Assembly: GCA_963752475.1 (NCBI GenBank)
Contig: CAVVYR010000006.1
Coordinates: 768,001-832,000 of the forward strand
Direction of reading: 5' to 3'
DNA length: 64,000 nucleotides
From: an uncultured Chloroflexia bacterium
GTDB lineage: Bacteria > Chloroflexota > Limnocylindria > Limnocylindrales > CSP1-4
Shown here: piece after piece, positions 33,653-43,019 of the stretch
How positions within the stretch are numbered: the first letter of the stretch is position 1
How the letters are laid out: each line of letters opens with the position of its first letter
Notes under the pieces: generated by a model
What the model was told of the DNA's origin: nothing
The model's input: the letters and a program-made list of their open reading frames with translations, nothing else
The model's database searches: none
Translations under genes and position numbers: made by a program

Positions 33653-35780
33653 ATGACCTGGGCCTATTCCTTCGATCATGACCACGGGCTGGCGCAGCCC
33701 GAGCTGACGGCGCTCGTCGGCGGCAAGGGCGCCAACCTCGCCATCATGACCCAGCAGCTTGGTCTGCCGGTCCCGCCTGGCTTCACCATCACCACGTTCG
33801 CCTGCAAGGTGTACCTCGATGCGGGCTGGCCGGAGGACCTCGACGGCGAGCTGCGCGAGCAGATCGGGCGCATCGAGAAGGCCGTTGGACGACACTTCGG
33901 TGACGCCGCCGACCCGTTGCTCGTGAGCGTCCGCTCGGGCGCGCCCGTGTCGATGCCAGGCATGCTCGACACCATCCTCAACCTGGGCCTCAATGCCGAG
34001 ACCGAACGGGGCCTCGCGGCCGCCGGCGATGCGGAGTTCGCGGCTGGCTGCCGTACGCGACTCGACACGATGTACAAGTGACATCGTGGGTGTGGACGAG
34101 GTCCCGGCCGACCCCTGGCAGCAGCTGCGTGGCGCGGTGGAGGCCGTCTTCCGCTCGTGGAACAGCGACCGGGCCATCAGCTACCGGGAGAAGGAAGGCA
34201 TCTCCGGGGAGCTGGGCACTGCGGTGAACGTGCAGGCCATGGTCTTCGGCAACCGAGGGGTCGACTCGGGCACGGGCGTGCTCTTCACGCGCAACCCGGC
34301 CACTGGCGAGAACACGCTGTATGGCGACGTGCTCTTCGGTGCGCAGGGTGAGGATGTCGTCGCCGGCACGCACGCGACCGAGCCCATCTCCGTGCTCGAC
34401 GAGACCCTGCCGGCGGTCGGGGCTGAGCTGCGCCGCTACGCGGACATGCTCGAGCGACACAACCGCGACATCTGCGACATCGAGTTCACCATCGAGGACG
34501 GACGCCTGTGGATGCTCCAGAACCGCATCGGCAAGCGCACGGCACAGGCGGCCGTGCGAGCGGCGGCCGAGATGGCGCAGGACGAGGACTTCCCGCTGAC
34601 CCGAACAGAGGCCGTAAGGAGAGTCGCGCGCATCCTTGCTGACCCGCCGACCATCGCCTCCGAGACGTCCGCTGATGTGGACGTGGTGGCCACCGGGCTG
34701 GGTGCCTCACCCGGCTTGGTCTCCGGTGCGATCGCCACGTCGCCTGAGAAGGCCGTCGCCATGGCCGACAGCGGGAGCGATGTGCTGCTGGTTCGCTCGG
34801 AGACCTCGCCCGACGACGTGCATGGCATGGCCAAGTCGGTCGGCATCCTGACCTCGACCGGTGGGCTGGCCTCGCATGCGGCGGTCGTCGCGCGTGGCTG
34901 GGACATCCCCGCGGTGGTCGGTGCCTCGGACGTAGTGGTGGGAGCCGGAGCGATCATCATCGCGGGCCGGACGTTCGCCGAGGGCGACGTCCTCTCGATC
35001 GACGGCAGCAGCGGCGAGATCTATGGTGGCGCCGTGACGACTGTCACGACCGTGGTGCCGGAGGCGGCCACGTTGCTCGGTTGGGCCAAGGAGCTCGGCA
35101 TCGAGATCGGTGGTTCGAAGGAAGCTGTCGGTGAGGGCGCGGGCCCTGAGACCGGGGATGCCGTGCCACTCGACTTCGTCGTGCGTACGCTGGCCATCAA
35201 GGGCTACGCCATGGGCGACATGCTCGCGCTTGCGCTCGGCGTGGACTCCGACGAAGCTGCGGCGATGGTCGAGCGGCTGGCCGCGGATGGCATCGCCAAG
35301 GACTCGGGCGGCATGTTCAGCCTGACCGACGACGGCAAGGCATTGGGTGCCGAGATGATCGCCGCCGACAGCGAGGCCTGGGGTGTCGCGAACGCCACCG
35401 CGGCCCTGGATGCGTTCATCGCGCTCGACCACAAGATGAAGGACATCGTCACCGCCTGGCAGATGAAGGAGGTCGAGGGCGAGCAGGTCCTCAACGACCA
35501 CGCCGACGCCGAGTACGACGCTGCGGTGCTCAAGCGCCTGGCCGACCTTCACCTCGAGACCACCGCCTGGATCGCGCCGCTGATCGCCGGGTTGCCGCGC
35601 CTGGCCTCGTACGGTAGGCGTCTCGACGCGGCCGCCGAGAGGGCCGCGACGGGCGACGGCATGTACATCGCGAGCCCACGTGTCGACAGCTACCACGGCG
35701 TCTGGTTCGAGCTCCATGAGGACCTCATCAGGCTGAGTGGCAAGACCCGCGAGGAGGAGGTCGCAGCGGGCCGCGCGTAG
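33653..35780 (+). CDS. Truncated PPDK (ATP-grasp plus His swivel) fused to wHTH/Rv1126c-like domain; frameshift ~34078
   Basis: GGKGANL, VPPGFTITT, VSVRSGA..SMPGM.DT.LNLG, QAMVFGN, DIEFTIE, GGLASHAAVVARGW. No pyruvate-binding barrel; C-terminal DSYHGVWFELHEDL. Confidence 0.82.
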
Positions 35781-35809
35781 GACCCATCACGCGATAGGCT
35801 TGCTTGATC

Positions 35810-37111
35810 ATGACCACGCGATCCAACGTCACCGTCCCGACCCTCGGGGCCGCCCGGTTCGACTCACCGCTTGCGGCCAAGGGCCGCAGCTTCTCCGATC
35901 CCCGACTTCGGGTGCGCTACCAGGCGCGCGTCAGTGACGAGACCCCCATCGGGGAGGACTTGCTCCTGGAGAAGGCCGGTCCACGGCAACGCATCTTCTT
36001 CGAGCCAGCCGGCACCAGCGCCGCCTTCGTCACCTGCGGAGGCCTCGCGCCAGGGCTCAACAACACCATCCGATCGGGCTTCTACGAGCTGCGCCACAAC
36101 TACGGCGTGGCACGGATCCTTGGCATCCAACAGGGCTACCGCGGCCTGGACCCGCACGAGGGCCTGGAGCCGATCGAGCTGACGGCCCAGGGCGTCGACG
36201 ACATCAACGACATGGGTGGCACCGTCCTGCAGACGTCACGCGGCGGCCGGGATCCGGTCGACATGGTCGACTATCTCGAGACGCACGAGATCGACATCCT
36301 CTTCTGCATCGGCGGCGACGGCACGCAGCGCGGGGCCCACGCCATCGCAGAGGAGGTGCGCAAGCGCGGCTCCGCACGATCGATCGTGGGCATCCCCAAG
36401 ACCATCGACAACGATGTGCCGTTCGTCTACACGTCCTTCGGCTATGCCACTGCGCTCGAGGGTGCGGCCGACGTTCTGCGCCAAGCGCACGTGGAGGCCA
36501 GGTGCCACGAGAACGGCGTGGGCCTGGTCAAGCTCATGGGCCGTGACGCTGGCTTCATCGCCGCCGGTGCCGCGGTCGCGGCCCAGGAGGCCAACTTCGT
36601 GCTGGTGCCGGAGATCGACTTCCCGCTCGGAGGCGAAGGTGGCTTCCTCGCAGCGCTCGAGCGGCGGCTCCTGTCTCGGCACCATGCCGTCGTGGTCGTC
36701 GCTGAGGGTGCGGGTCAGCAGCTCTTCGAGGAGGGACACGCGACGACCGACGCCTCGGGCAACCGGCGCTACCGCGACATCGGCCTGTTCCTCAAGGAGC
36801 GCATCAAGGTCCATCTCGGCGAGCGGGGGATCGGTCATACGATCAAGTACTTCGACCCCAGCTACTCCATCCGCAGCGTGCCGCCCAACGCCAACGACCG
36901 CTTCCTCACCGACCGCATGGCCCGTAACGCGGTGCACGCCGCCATGGCCGGCAAGACGGATGTGATGGTCGGCAGCTGGAACCAGTCCACGATCTGGGTG
37001 CCCATCGCCGTGGCCACGTCCGAGCGCAAGCGCATGGACCCTGACGGTGACCTCTGGCAGGCGGTCCTCTCGACCACAGGCCAACCGAACTGGCGGGCGT
37101 CCACCGAGTAG
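35810..37111 (+). CDS. pfkA: ATP-dependent 6-phosphofructokinase (group X type)
   Basis: AGPR..IFF, TCGGLAPGLN, GGDG, PKTIDND..FG, MGR and DPSY.IRS motifs. Confidence 0.9.
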   Translation: MTTRSNVTVPTLGAARFDSPLAAKGRSFSDPRLRVRYQARVSDETPIGEDLLLEKAGPRQRIFFEPAGTSAAFVTCGGLAPGLNNTIRSGFYELRHNYGVARILGIQQGYRGLDPHEGLEPIELTAQGVDDINDMGGTVLQTSRGGRDPVDMVDYLETHEIDILFCIGGDGTQRGAHAIAEEVRKRGSARSIVGIPKTIDNDVPFVYTSFGYATALEGAADVLRQAHVEARCHENGVGLVKLMGRDAGFIAAGAAVAAQEANFVLVPEIDFPLGGEGGFLAALERRLLSRHHAVVVVAEGAGQQLFEEGHATTDASGNRRYRDIGLFLKERIKVHLGERGIGHTIKYFDPSYSIRSVPPNANDRFLTDRMARNAVHAAMAGKTDVMVGSWNQSTIWVPIAVATSERKRMDPDGDLWQAVLSTTGQPNWRASTE

Positions 37112-37227
37112 CTGCAGTGGCGGTTCCACGCCGACGTTCCGCGGGCGCAGGCACTGCGGTAGGGGCTGACGTACGGACGCGGTGAGACACTTGGTCCGGA
37201 CCGTGCATCTATCCGGGTATGGGGGCA

Positions 37228-37761
37228 ATGGCTGGAACGGTCGATCAGGAGCTGGTCGGGCTCGCCGAGTCAGCGATGGCGGGCGATGAGCTCGCTTTCG
37301 CCCGCATCGTCTCCGGGCTGCACGAGCAGGTCTACTCCATCGCCATGATCGTCTGCCGTGAGCGGACGCTGGCGGAGGAGGCCGAGGCCGCGACGTGGAC
37401 ACAGGTCTGGCGCAAGCTCAGCTCGGTCCGACAGGGCGATCGGTTGCGGCCGTGGGTCGTGGCCATCGCCTTCAACGAGGCCAAGCAGGTCCTGCGAAAG
37501 CGCAGGCGTTGGTTCCGCCACGAAGTCGCGACCGAACCGGTGGAGGCACCCGGTGGGCTCGACCCCGCGACCGGTGTGCCTGGCATCGACCTGCGTCTCG
37601 CGGTGCAGGAGCTCGATCCGGATGACCGGGCGCTGCTGACGATGCGTTACGTGCTGGGCTTCGACGCGACCGAGCTCTCGAGCGCGATGGGCCTGACGCC
37701 GTCTGGCGTCCGTTCACGCCTGGAACGCCTCCTGGCACGCCTGAGACAGGAACTCGAGTGA
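37228..37761 (+). CDS. ECF RNA polymerase sigma factor (pair 1)
   Basis: A..GDE.AF, region 2 W.KL...LRPWV..IA.N, region 4 L...DR.L..RY..G....E....G.VRSRL.R. Confidence 0.88.
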   Translation: MAGTVDQELVGLAESAMAGDELAFARIVSGLHEQVYSIAMIVCRERTLAEEAEAATWTQVWRKLSSVRQGDRLRPWVVAIAFNEAKQVLRKRRRWFRHEVATEPVEAPGGLDPATGVPGIDLRLAVQELDPDDRALLTMRYVLGFDATELSSAMGLTPSGVRSRLERLLARLRQELE

Positions 37762-38957
37762 TGAACGACAAGCAAGCGTTCGAACGGCAACTGGGCGACG
37801 AGCTCCGACGGCAGATCGGAGCCATCCCCGAAGCCAACGCACTCGACGTTGCTCGCTCGCTCGCAGGGCGAGCGCCGGCCGGCCATCCTGTCTCGGGCCT
37901 CGCCTCATCAGTGTCCTTCGGAAGGGGGTTCCCAATGTCAGCAACACTCAAGTTCGTCGCGGGCGCGGCCGTCATCGCCTTGATCGGAGGCGTCCTCGCG
38001 ACCGCGCGCGTGCTGGAGTCGGACCCGGCAACGGTCCCGGGCGCGCCGCTCGAGACCCAGCTCGTGGCGACGTCACAGTGGGAGACGCGTGGCGATCCGG
38101 ACAATCCGCTGCTCTTCGGCAACTCGATCGAGGTGGCCCCGGACGGCAACATCTGGGTCCTGGACGCCAGGGGCGGGTTCCAGATCATCGCGCCCGATGG
38201 TTCCTTCGTCGAGAGCTGGGGCTCTCCCGGCAGTGGCGAGGGCGAGCTGGACTTCGACCGCGAGATCGACAGCCTCTACTACGGAGACATCTCCTTCGCC
38301 CCCGATGGCAGCTTCTACGTTGCGGAGTCGGGCAACCACCGCGTGTCCAAGTTCGATGCCGATCGGGAGTTCGTCATGAGCTGGGGTGGCAAGGGCACCG
38401 AGGATGGGCAGTTCATCGACGTCATCGGCGTCTCGGTCGCTCCGGACGGGAACGTCTACGTCATGGACGACGAACGCTATGAGGTTCAGGTCTTCGATCC
38501 TGAAGGGCAGTTCCTTTTCAAGTTCGCAGGCCCCGGCGACGAGGCGCACAACCTCAAGGATCCCGGCACGCTCGACGTCGATGCCGATGGCACGGTCTTC
38601 GTCGACGACTGGGGCAACAGCCGCATCGTGAAGTACACGGCCGAGGGCGAATACATCGGGGAGTGGGGCGAGCGCGGGATGGGCGATGAGCCATACGCCC
38701 TGATGAACCCGCACGGCGTCGACATCGGCCCCGATGGCCGTGTGTACGTGGCCGACATGCGCAACGATCGCCTGAAGGTCTACGAACGAGACGGCACCTA
38801 TGTGGCGACGTTGGGCGGCGAGTACGGCAGCGATCTCTACGTGGGCAAGCCAGTAGGCGTGGGCGTGGCCGAGGACGGCAGCGTCTACGTCATGCAGTAC
38901 AACGTCAAGAGCCTCGAGAAGATCCACGTCGAGGAGGTCCCGGCCACGGGCGAGTAG
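37758..38957 (+). CDS. Anti-sigma-like membrane protein with NHL-repeat beta-propeller
   Basis: Coupled to the ECF gene (GTGA overlap); short N-domain, TM helix, repeated DG..YV.D..N.RV.KF..G.F...WG. Confidence 0.82.
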   Translation: MMNDKQAFERQLGDELRRQIGAIPEANALDVARSLAGRAPAGHPVSGLASSVSFGRGFPMSATLKFVAGAAVIALIGGVLATARVLESDPATVPGAPLETQLVATSQWETRGDPDNPLLFGNSIEVAPDGNIWVLDARGGFQIIAPDGSFVESWGSPGSGEGELDFDREIDSLYYGDISFAPDGSFYVAESGNHRVSKFDADREFVMSWGGKGTEDGQFIDVIGVSVAPDGNVYVMDDERYEVQVFDPEGQFLFKFAGPGDEAHNLKDPGTLDVDADGTVFVDDWGNSRIVKYTAEGEYIGEWGERGMGDEPYALMNPHGVDIGPDGRVYVADMRNDRLKVYERDGTYVATLGGEYGSDLYVGKPVGVGVAEDGSVYVMQYNVKSLEKIHVEEVPATGE

Positions 38958-38974
38958 AAGCGCGTCGCCGACGC

Positions 38975-39010
38975 GAGCGACGCCACGTCGATGGGCGACG
39001 GGCGTCGCTC
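38975..39010 (+). terminator. Hairpin after the NHL gene
   Basis: GAGCGACGCC...GGCGTCGCTC inverted repeat. Confidence 0.5.
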
Positions 39011-39044
39011 CTTAGGACGCCCTGCTGCCGGATGGGCAGGAAGA

Positions 39045-39071
39045 AGCCCCGCCGGGAATGCCGGCGGGGCT
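39045..39071. terminator. Intrinsic terminator
   Basis: AGCCCCGCCGG-gaatg-CCGGCGGGGCT, flanked by AAGA and CTT. Confidence 0.75.
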
Positions 39072-39108
39072 CTTGCGCTGGGGCCGTACTAAGCGTGGAG
39101 CGAGGGTA

Positions 39109-39978
39109 TCAGTCCTTGTCCACCGTCATCTGATCCCAGAGGGCACCGGCGTTGTGGCCCATGATGTAGTCCATCATGTACTCCTGACCGATGTCGACCG
39201 GGAAGCGCTCCTTGAGGTTGACGCGCTCCTGTGTCTCCTCGCGGGACAGGCCCTCGGCTACCGCCGAAGCCACGCGCGACTTCCATTCAAGCAGGATGGC
39301 TCGCTGATCGTCGAGTGACGAACGGTCGGTGAGTGGACCGTGCCCGGGTACCAGGTGGTCGAAGTCGAGCGCGCGGATCGTCTCCAGCGCCGCCAGCCAG
39401 CCGTCGACATCGGAGGTCATCAGCCATGTCTGACATTCGTTGAAGATGGTGTCGCCGGTGAAGACGACGCCCTCCTGGGGCACGTGCACCGCGATCTGGC
39501 CGGGCGTGTGGCCGGCCACATGGATGAGGTCGAAGGTGGTGTCGCCCACCTCCAGGCGCAGGTCGCCGGTGAAGACGATCGAGCCGTCGTTGGGATCGGC
39601 GTAGTACTCGTCCCGGTCGGGGAAGATGGCCTCACCCTCGGGGTCGTCGGTGGGGATGGCTTCCTTGGCGTAGGCGAAGGGGTCGAGGATCGGCGCCACG
39701 ACCATGAAGTTGTCGGCCACGCCCTTGTGATGGACCACCGGCACCGGCTTGAAGTAGTAGTTGCCGAAGATGTGGTCGACGTGGTGCTCGGTGTTGATGA
39801 CGTAGCGGATCCGGCCGTGCTTCTCGGCCTCCTCGCGCATGGCCACGGCACGCGTCGGCAGCTGCGGTGTATCGATGACGACCACGCCGTCGGTGGTGAC
39901 GACGTAGCTGGGGTTGCAGCCGCGGATCCGTGTGTTGGCGAAGACGTTGGCGGTGACCTGCTCCATGGGCGGGTTCAC
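39109..39978 (-). CDS. MBL-fold metallo-hydrolase (cyclase/glyoxalase II-like)
   Basis: NTEHHVDHIFGN, GHTPG, FTGD and PGHG motifs. Confidence 0.88.
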   Translation of the reverse strand: MNPPMEQVTANVFANTRIRGCNPSYVVTTDGVVVIDTPQLPTRAVAMREEAEKHGRIRYVINTEHHVDHIFGNYYFKPVPVVHHKGVADNFMVVAPILDPFAYAKEAIPTDDPEGEAIFPDRDEYYADPNDGSIVFTGDLRLEVGDTTFDLIHVAGHTPGQIAVHVPQEGVVFTGDTIFNECQTWLMTSDVDGWLAALETIRALDFDHLVPGHGPLTDRSSLDDQRAILLEWKSRVASAVAEGLSREETQERVNLKERFPVDIGQEYMMDYIMGHNAGALWDQMTVDKD

Positions 39979-40003
39979 GATGGTTGGCTCCCTTCCGAAG
40001 TCG

Positions 40004-40789
40004 CTATTGGGTAGCAGTCAGGCCGCCGTCGATCCCGACGATCTGGCCGGTGATGAAGGACGAGGCATCACTCACCAGGAAGATCGCCGCGCCCACGAGG
40101 TCGTCGGTGCCGCCCACGCGGGAGAGGGGGATGCGCGCCAGGACAGCATTCTTGAACTCGGGATCGTCGAGCAGCATGGCGACCTGTGGCGTGTCCACGA
40201 AGGTCGGGCTGATGGCGTTGACGTTGATGCCGTACTTGGCCCATTCGGTGGCCCACTGGCGGGTGAGTGAGCTGATCGCACCCTTGGCCGCGACGTAGGC
40301 GCTGTAGCCGGCATTGATGCCGAGGGCCGCGCGCACCGAGCTGATGTTGAGCACCTTGCCGCCATTGCCGGCCTTGATCATGGCCTTGACCGCGGCCTGG
40401 GTGGGCACGAGTGTGCAGCGCACGTTGATGTCGTAGATCCAGTCCCACGCGTCATCGGGATAGTCCTGCGCCTCGAAGAGGACCTTGCCCGCGCCGCCGC
40501 CGATGGCATTGACCATGATGTCCAGCTTGCCCAGGTGGTTGACGACCTCGTCGACCACGGCATCGGCCTCGTCGCGCTGGGTCATGTCACCGGCGATGGC
40601 GAGGCATTCGCCGCCTGCCGCCTCGACCTTGGCCTTGGTGCCGTCCACCGACTCCTGGCTGATATCGATCACGGCGACCTTCGCACCGGCCTCGGCGAGG
40701 GCGACCGCCATGGCTCCGCCGATGGCACCGCCGCCACCGCCGACGAGCGCGACCTTGCCATCGAGCTTGAACCTGTCCAGCTGACCCAT
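40004..40789 (-). CDS. SDR oxidoreductase (gluconate/KduD-like)
   Basis: GGGGAIG, NISS, YVAAK, VNAISP and SFITGQ...DGG motifs. Confidence 0.9.
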   Translation of the reverse strand: MGQLDRFKLDGKVALVGGGGGAIGGAMAVALAEAGAKVAVIDISQESVDGTKAKVEAAGGECLAIAGDMTQRDEADAVVDEVVNHLGKLDIMVNAIGGGAGKVLFEAQDYPDDAWDWIYDINVRCTLVPTQAAVKAMIKAGNGGKVLNISSVRAALGINAGYSAYVAAKGAISSLTRQWATEWAKYGINVNAISPTFVDTPQVAMLLDDPEFKNAVLARIPLSRVGGTDDLVGAAIFLVSDASSFITGQIVGIDGGLTATQ

Positions 40790-40856
40790 GCTGGTTCCTC
40801 CACACAACGTGTCCGCGTGCCCGGCGGCCGGGGGTTGGGCTTCATGCCCTGCAATC

Positions 40857-40872
40857 ATCGATTATCGACGAT
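40857..40872. promoter_or_regulatory. Third copy of the putative GntR operator
   Basis: ATCGATTATCGACGAT, 15/16 identical to 22972-22987. Confidence 0.65.
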
Positions 40873-40995
40873 GTCAGCCTAGATGTCTTGCTCCGAGACG
40901 AATTCGGGTGCATCGTGGAGTCGAATCGCGTGCCGCGGGCGCCATTGGTAGTAGAGGGCGCACGAAGGCTGCGTTCGGATGTCGGGATCGGGGGC

Positions 40996-41556
40996 ATGGA
41001 TACCGACCTGGTGACACGAGCTCAGGCAGGGGACCGAAGCGCGTTCGCGCAGATCGCGGACGAAGTGCTCGACCGTTTCCTGGCCATCGCACATCGCATC
41101 CTTCGCGATGGGGCCATGGCCGAGGATGCGACCCAGGCAGCGCTGCTCAGCCTGTGGCGGGATTTGCCCCGGCTGCGCGAGCCCGACCGTTTCGGCGCGT
41201 GGTCGACGCGGCTGCTGGTGAATGCCTGCTACTCGGAGGCCCGACGCGCCCGGCGCTGGCTGCCGAACCTGCCGCTCGAGGCTGTGCCTGAACCGATCGC
41301 CCCTGATGAATTCGGCGCCGTCGCCGACCGAGACGCGCTCGATCGGGCCTTCCACGATGTTCCCGTCGACCAGCGGGCGGTCATCGTCCTGCACCACTAC
41401 GTCGGCATGCCCATCGAGACCGTCGCGCAGACTCTCGACATCCCGCCCGGCACGGTCCGCTCGCGCATGCACCGCGGGATGACCACGCTCCGCCGGGCCA
41501 TGGAAGCCGATGTCCGACCGAATCATCGAGTCGTTCGACAGGAGGCCACGAGATGA
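40996..41556 (+). CDS. ECF sigma factor (pair 2)
   Basis: MDTDLV.RAQ.GD..AF, AEDATQ, WRDLPRLREPDRFGAW, GTVRSRMHR. Confidence 0.9.
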   Translation: MDTDLVTRAQAGDRSAFAQIADEVLDRFLAIAHRILRDGAMAEDATQAALLSLWRDLPRLREPDRFGAWSTRLLVNACYSEARRARRWLPNLPLEAVPEPIAPDEFGAVADRDALDRAFHDVPVDQRAVIVLHHYVGMPIETVAQTLDIPPGTVRSRMHRGMTTLRRAMEADVRPNHRVVRQEATR

Positions 41557-42320
41557 CGCACGACCGTGACCTCGACGACAGGGTCCGCACCTGGCTCGAC
41601 GAGCCGCCGCCCGGTCCGCCCGATCGCGACGCCGTCTACGCCCGAGTGCTCGACCGCCTACCAGAGACCCATCAACGCCGGCACTGGTGGCCATTCCAGT
41701 GGAACCCTTTCGCCGCAGGCGCGACGCGTAGCGCCGACGCGAACGGACCACGCCCACAAGGGAGGTCCAGAACCATGTTGAACCCAGTCCGCGCGGTGGT
41801 GCTCGTCGCCGCGCTCGCGCTCGCCAGCAGCTTCGCGATGGTGACGGAGGTGGCTGCGCCGGGGCCGATCGTTCCGGGCGCGGAGGCACCGGGCGAGGCC
41901 ATCGCGCACGTCGTTGGGCAGACAAGTGGCCAACGCGAGATCGCCGAGGGTGAGATGCAGGTCACAGACCGCGCCATCGAATGGCGAGGGATGGTGGCCG
42001 AGTGGGATGTGACAGCGGACGACCCGCGCTTGAGCGGCGTGATGACGGCCGAATATGCCCTTGACAACCTCATGGGCGTTGCCGGGGCGGCGGCCCTGGC
42101 CGGGACGCAGACGATCAGCAACGCCGATGGCGAATGGTCGGGGACGGTGGTCGGAGTCGGCGTGCCGGACACGAACGACATCCAGTTCCAGTCGGTCCTC
42201 ACAGGATCGGGAGCCTATGACGGACTGACGGCCGTGGTCCGCGCCGACAACGCCGAGAACGTGCTCGTCTACGAGTTCGAGGCGGTCGTCTTCCCAGGTT
42301 CATTGCCAGGCAGCGAGTAG
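41553..42320 (+). CDS. Anti-sigma-like membrane protein with beta-rich extracellular domain
   Basis: ATGA overlap; N-domain W..E...LP.T.QRR..W, TM helix, DDPRLSG...LTGSGAYDGLTAV. Confidence 0.8.
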   Translation: MTHDRDLDDRVRTWLDEPPPGPPDRDAVYARVLDRLPETHQRRHWWPFQWNPFAAGATRSADANGPRPQGRSRTMLNPVRAVVLVAALALASSFAMVTEVAAPGPIVPGAEAPGEAIAHVVGQTSGQREIAEGEMQVTDRAIEWRGMVAEWDVTADDPRLSGVMTAEYALDNLMGVAGAAALAGTQTISNADGEWSGTVVGVGVPDTNDIQFQSVLTGSGAYDGLTAVVRADNAENVLVYEFEAVVFPGSLPGSE

Positions 42321-42330
42321 GCGCGCTCTC

Positions 42331-42365
42331 GAATGCCCGCGGGCCATCCAGGCTCGCGGGCATTC
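42331..42365 (+). terminator. Hairpin terminator
   Basis: GAATGCCCGCGGGCC-atcca-GGCTCGCGGGCATTC followed by TT. Confidence 0.7.
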
Positions 42366-42458
42366 TTCGATTCGAGGGACCCAGAACGCTAGCGTGCCCG
42401 TCTTACCATGTAGAGGCGCAGCAACACAGCGAGGCGCCCAAGGGCACTTTGAGGGGGA

Positions 42459-43019
42459 ATGGACACCGACCTCGTGCTTCGGGCCCAGGACGGCGACGAG
42501 ATCGCGTTCGCACGCCTGGCCGACGGCGTATACGGCCGCCTGCAGCAGGTGGCCTACCGCATCCTGCGGGACCCCGAGCTGGCTCGCGACGCATCCCAGC
42601 AGGCGGCCCTCTCGATGTGGCGCCACCTGCCGGAGCTCCGAGACCCCACCCGTTTCGAGGCCTGGTGCTATCGCCTCTGCGTCAATGCGTGCCACGAGGA
42701 GTCGCGGAAGCGCAGACGCCGCCTCCCTGAGACCGAGCTGAAGCCGTGGCACGAGCCCACGGTACGTGACGAGTACCAGCGTCTCATCGATCACGACCAA
42801 CTGGAACGCGCGTTCCGGCGTCTGTCATTCGAGCACCGGACGGTCCTGGTGCTGCATCACTACCTGGGGATGTCGGTAGACGAGGTCGCGACCACCCTTG
42901 ACACCCCGCTCGGAACCGTCAAGTCCCGCATGAACCGAGCGCTCCGACAGTTGCGTCGGCTCCTTGCGGCCGATGCCGCCCCGCCGCTTGCGATGAACCG
43001 ACAGGAGGTCACCCGATGA
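42459..43019 (+). CDS. ECF sigma factor (pair 3)
   Basis: Paralog of pair 2; WRHLPELRDPTRFEAW, GTVKSRMNR. Confidence 0.9.
   Translation: MDTDLVLRAQDGDEIAFARLADGVYGRLQQVAYRILRDPELARDASQQAALSMWRHLPELRDPTRFEAWCYRLCVNACHEESRKRRRRLPETELKPWHEPTVRDEYQRLIDHDQLERAFRRLSFEHRTVLVLHHYLGMSVDEVATTLDTPLGTVKSRMNRALRQLRRLLAADAAPPLAMNRQEVTR

Noticed and set aside
34070-34090. TGA in the PPDK-like gene as selenocysteine or readthrough
   Set aside because: Homology resumes in a different frame, so this is a 1-nt indel rather than an in-frame stop.
33653-37111. Canonical PPi-dependent glycolysis pair (PPDK plus PPi-PFK)
   Set aside because: The PFK has the ATP-type GGDG motif, and the PPDK-like protein lacks the pyruvate-binding domain.
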